Shown here piece by piece: positions 63,588 through 64,000 of a stretch of 64,000 nucleotides of DNA; position 1 is the stretch's first letter; every line of letters begins with the position of its first letter. A program made the position numbers and the translations under genes. Source of the DNA: Pseudomonadota bacterium (GTDB lineage: Bacteria > Pseudomonadota > Gammaproteobacteria > Enterobacterales > Vibrionaceae); the NCBI GenBank assembly GCA_036126475.1, contig JAYYSE010000125.1, positions 12,159 to 76,158 on the forward strand. The letters run 5' to 3'. The notes beneath the pieces were generated by a model. It was not told the DNA's origin, made no database searches, and saw nothing but the letters and a program-made list of their open reading frames with translations.

Positions 63588-64000
63588 TTATTGAGCTTTG
63601 ATGTAGAGATCTTTTGAGTAGATCTTCTCTTCCGCGTTAGCTGATGGGAAACCACCAACGTGCGGGTTTAACAGACGAGAACGAACGTATTGGTAGATAG
63701 GTGCGATAGGCATATCATTGGCCATTAACTTCTCAGCTTCTAGATAAAGTGCCGTACGCTCTTCTTCTGAAGTTGAGTTAAGTGCTTGGTCGATTAGCGC
63801 ATCGTAATCTTTGTTACCCCAATGCTGACCACCAGTCGTGTTTTTGCTCACCATTAGCGTCAAGAATGAAGACGCTTCGTTGTAGTCACCACACCAACCA
63901 GCGCGTGATACTTCGAAGTCACCCTGATCTTTCGTAGATAAGTAAGTTTTCCACTCTTGGTTTTCTAGAGTAACCTCTAGGCCGAGAGTCTTCTTCCACA
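63588..64000 (-). CDS. oppA: Oligopeptide-binding protein OppA, C-terminal part (5' beyond window)
   Basis: Frame open to the edge: WKKTLGLEVTLENQEWKTYL...RAGWCGDYNEASSFL...PIYQY...SKDLYIK. Confidence 0.95.
   Translation of the reverse strand, partial: WKKTLGLEVTLENQEWKTYLSTKDQGDFEVSRAGWCGDYNEASSFLTLMVSKNTTGGQHWGNKDYDALIDQALNSTSEEERTALYLEAEKLMANDMPIAPIYQYVRSRLLNPHVGGFPSANAEEKIYSKDLYIKAQ

Noticed and set aside
1-64000. Prophage, IS/transposase, integrase, CRISPR array, tRNA/rRNA, toxin-antitoxin or defence genes
   Set aside because: No ORF carries the relevant motifs and there is no regularly spaced repeat array. Nearly all ORFs are recognisable housekeeping genes in conserved order.

Overview
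Core-genome segment of a Vibrio large chromosome. Gene order, the Vibrio-type FadR with an internal insertion and the RNase E tail point to Vibrionaceae; a Splendidus-clade origin is my impression only. Left to right: LpxR-family OMP (5' truncated), pflA, yfbU, a small beta-barrel OMP, mipA, yeaG-yeaH-ycgB(SpoVR), sohB, yciK, a frameshifted dnaE2 relic, cheV, mlc, pykA, patatin, an unlisted YnhF-like micropeptide, two more OMPs, ptsG, the yceD-rpmF-plsX-fab-acpP-pabC-mltG-tmk-holB-tatD cluster, yceF, rluC, rne, SulP, LMW-PTP, cobO, asmA, udk, apbC, metG, yehS, fadR, nhaB, dsbB, SEC-C protein, dusC, yfbV, ackA-pta, yqjG, and oppABCDF (oppA truncated). I found no prophage, IS, integrase, CRISPR, tRNA/rRNA or defence island, so there is no obvious new multi-gene accessory system. 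The most interesting signals are non-coding. (1) An OppZ-like 3'-UTR sRNA matches the oppB leader at 13/14 nt. (2) An apparently analogous element in the 3' UTR of yeaG-yeaH-ycgB, which I do not know to be described, is complementary to the yeaH SD/AUG and to the yeaG leader. (3) A 29-bp imperfect direct repeat brackets a 1-kb OMP islet. (4) Two inverted copies of a bipartite palindromic repeat sit between convergent genes. (5) Structured leaders precede nhaB and the SulP gene. All base-pairings were worked out by eye, not computed.
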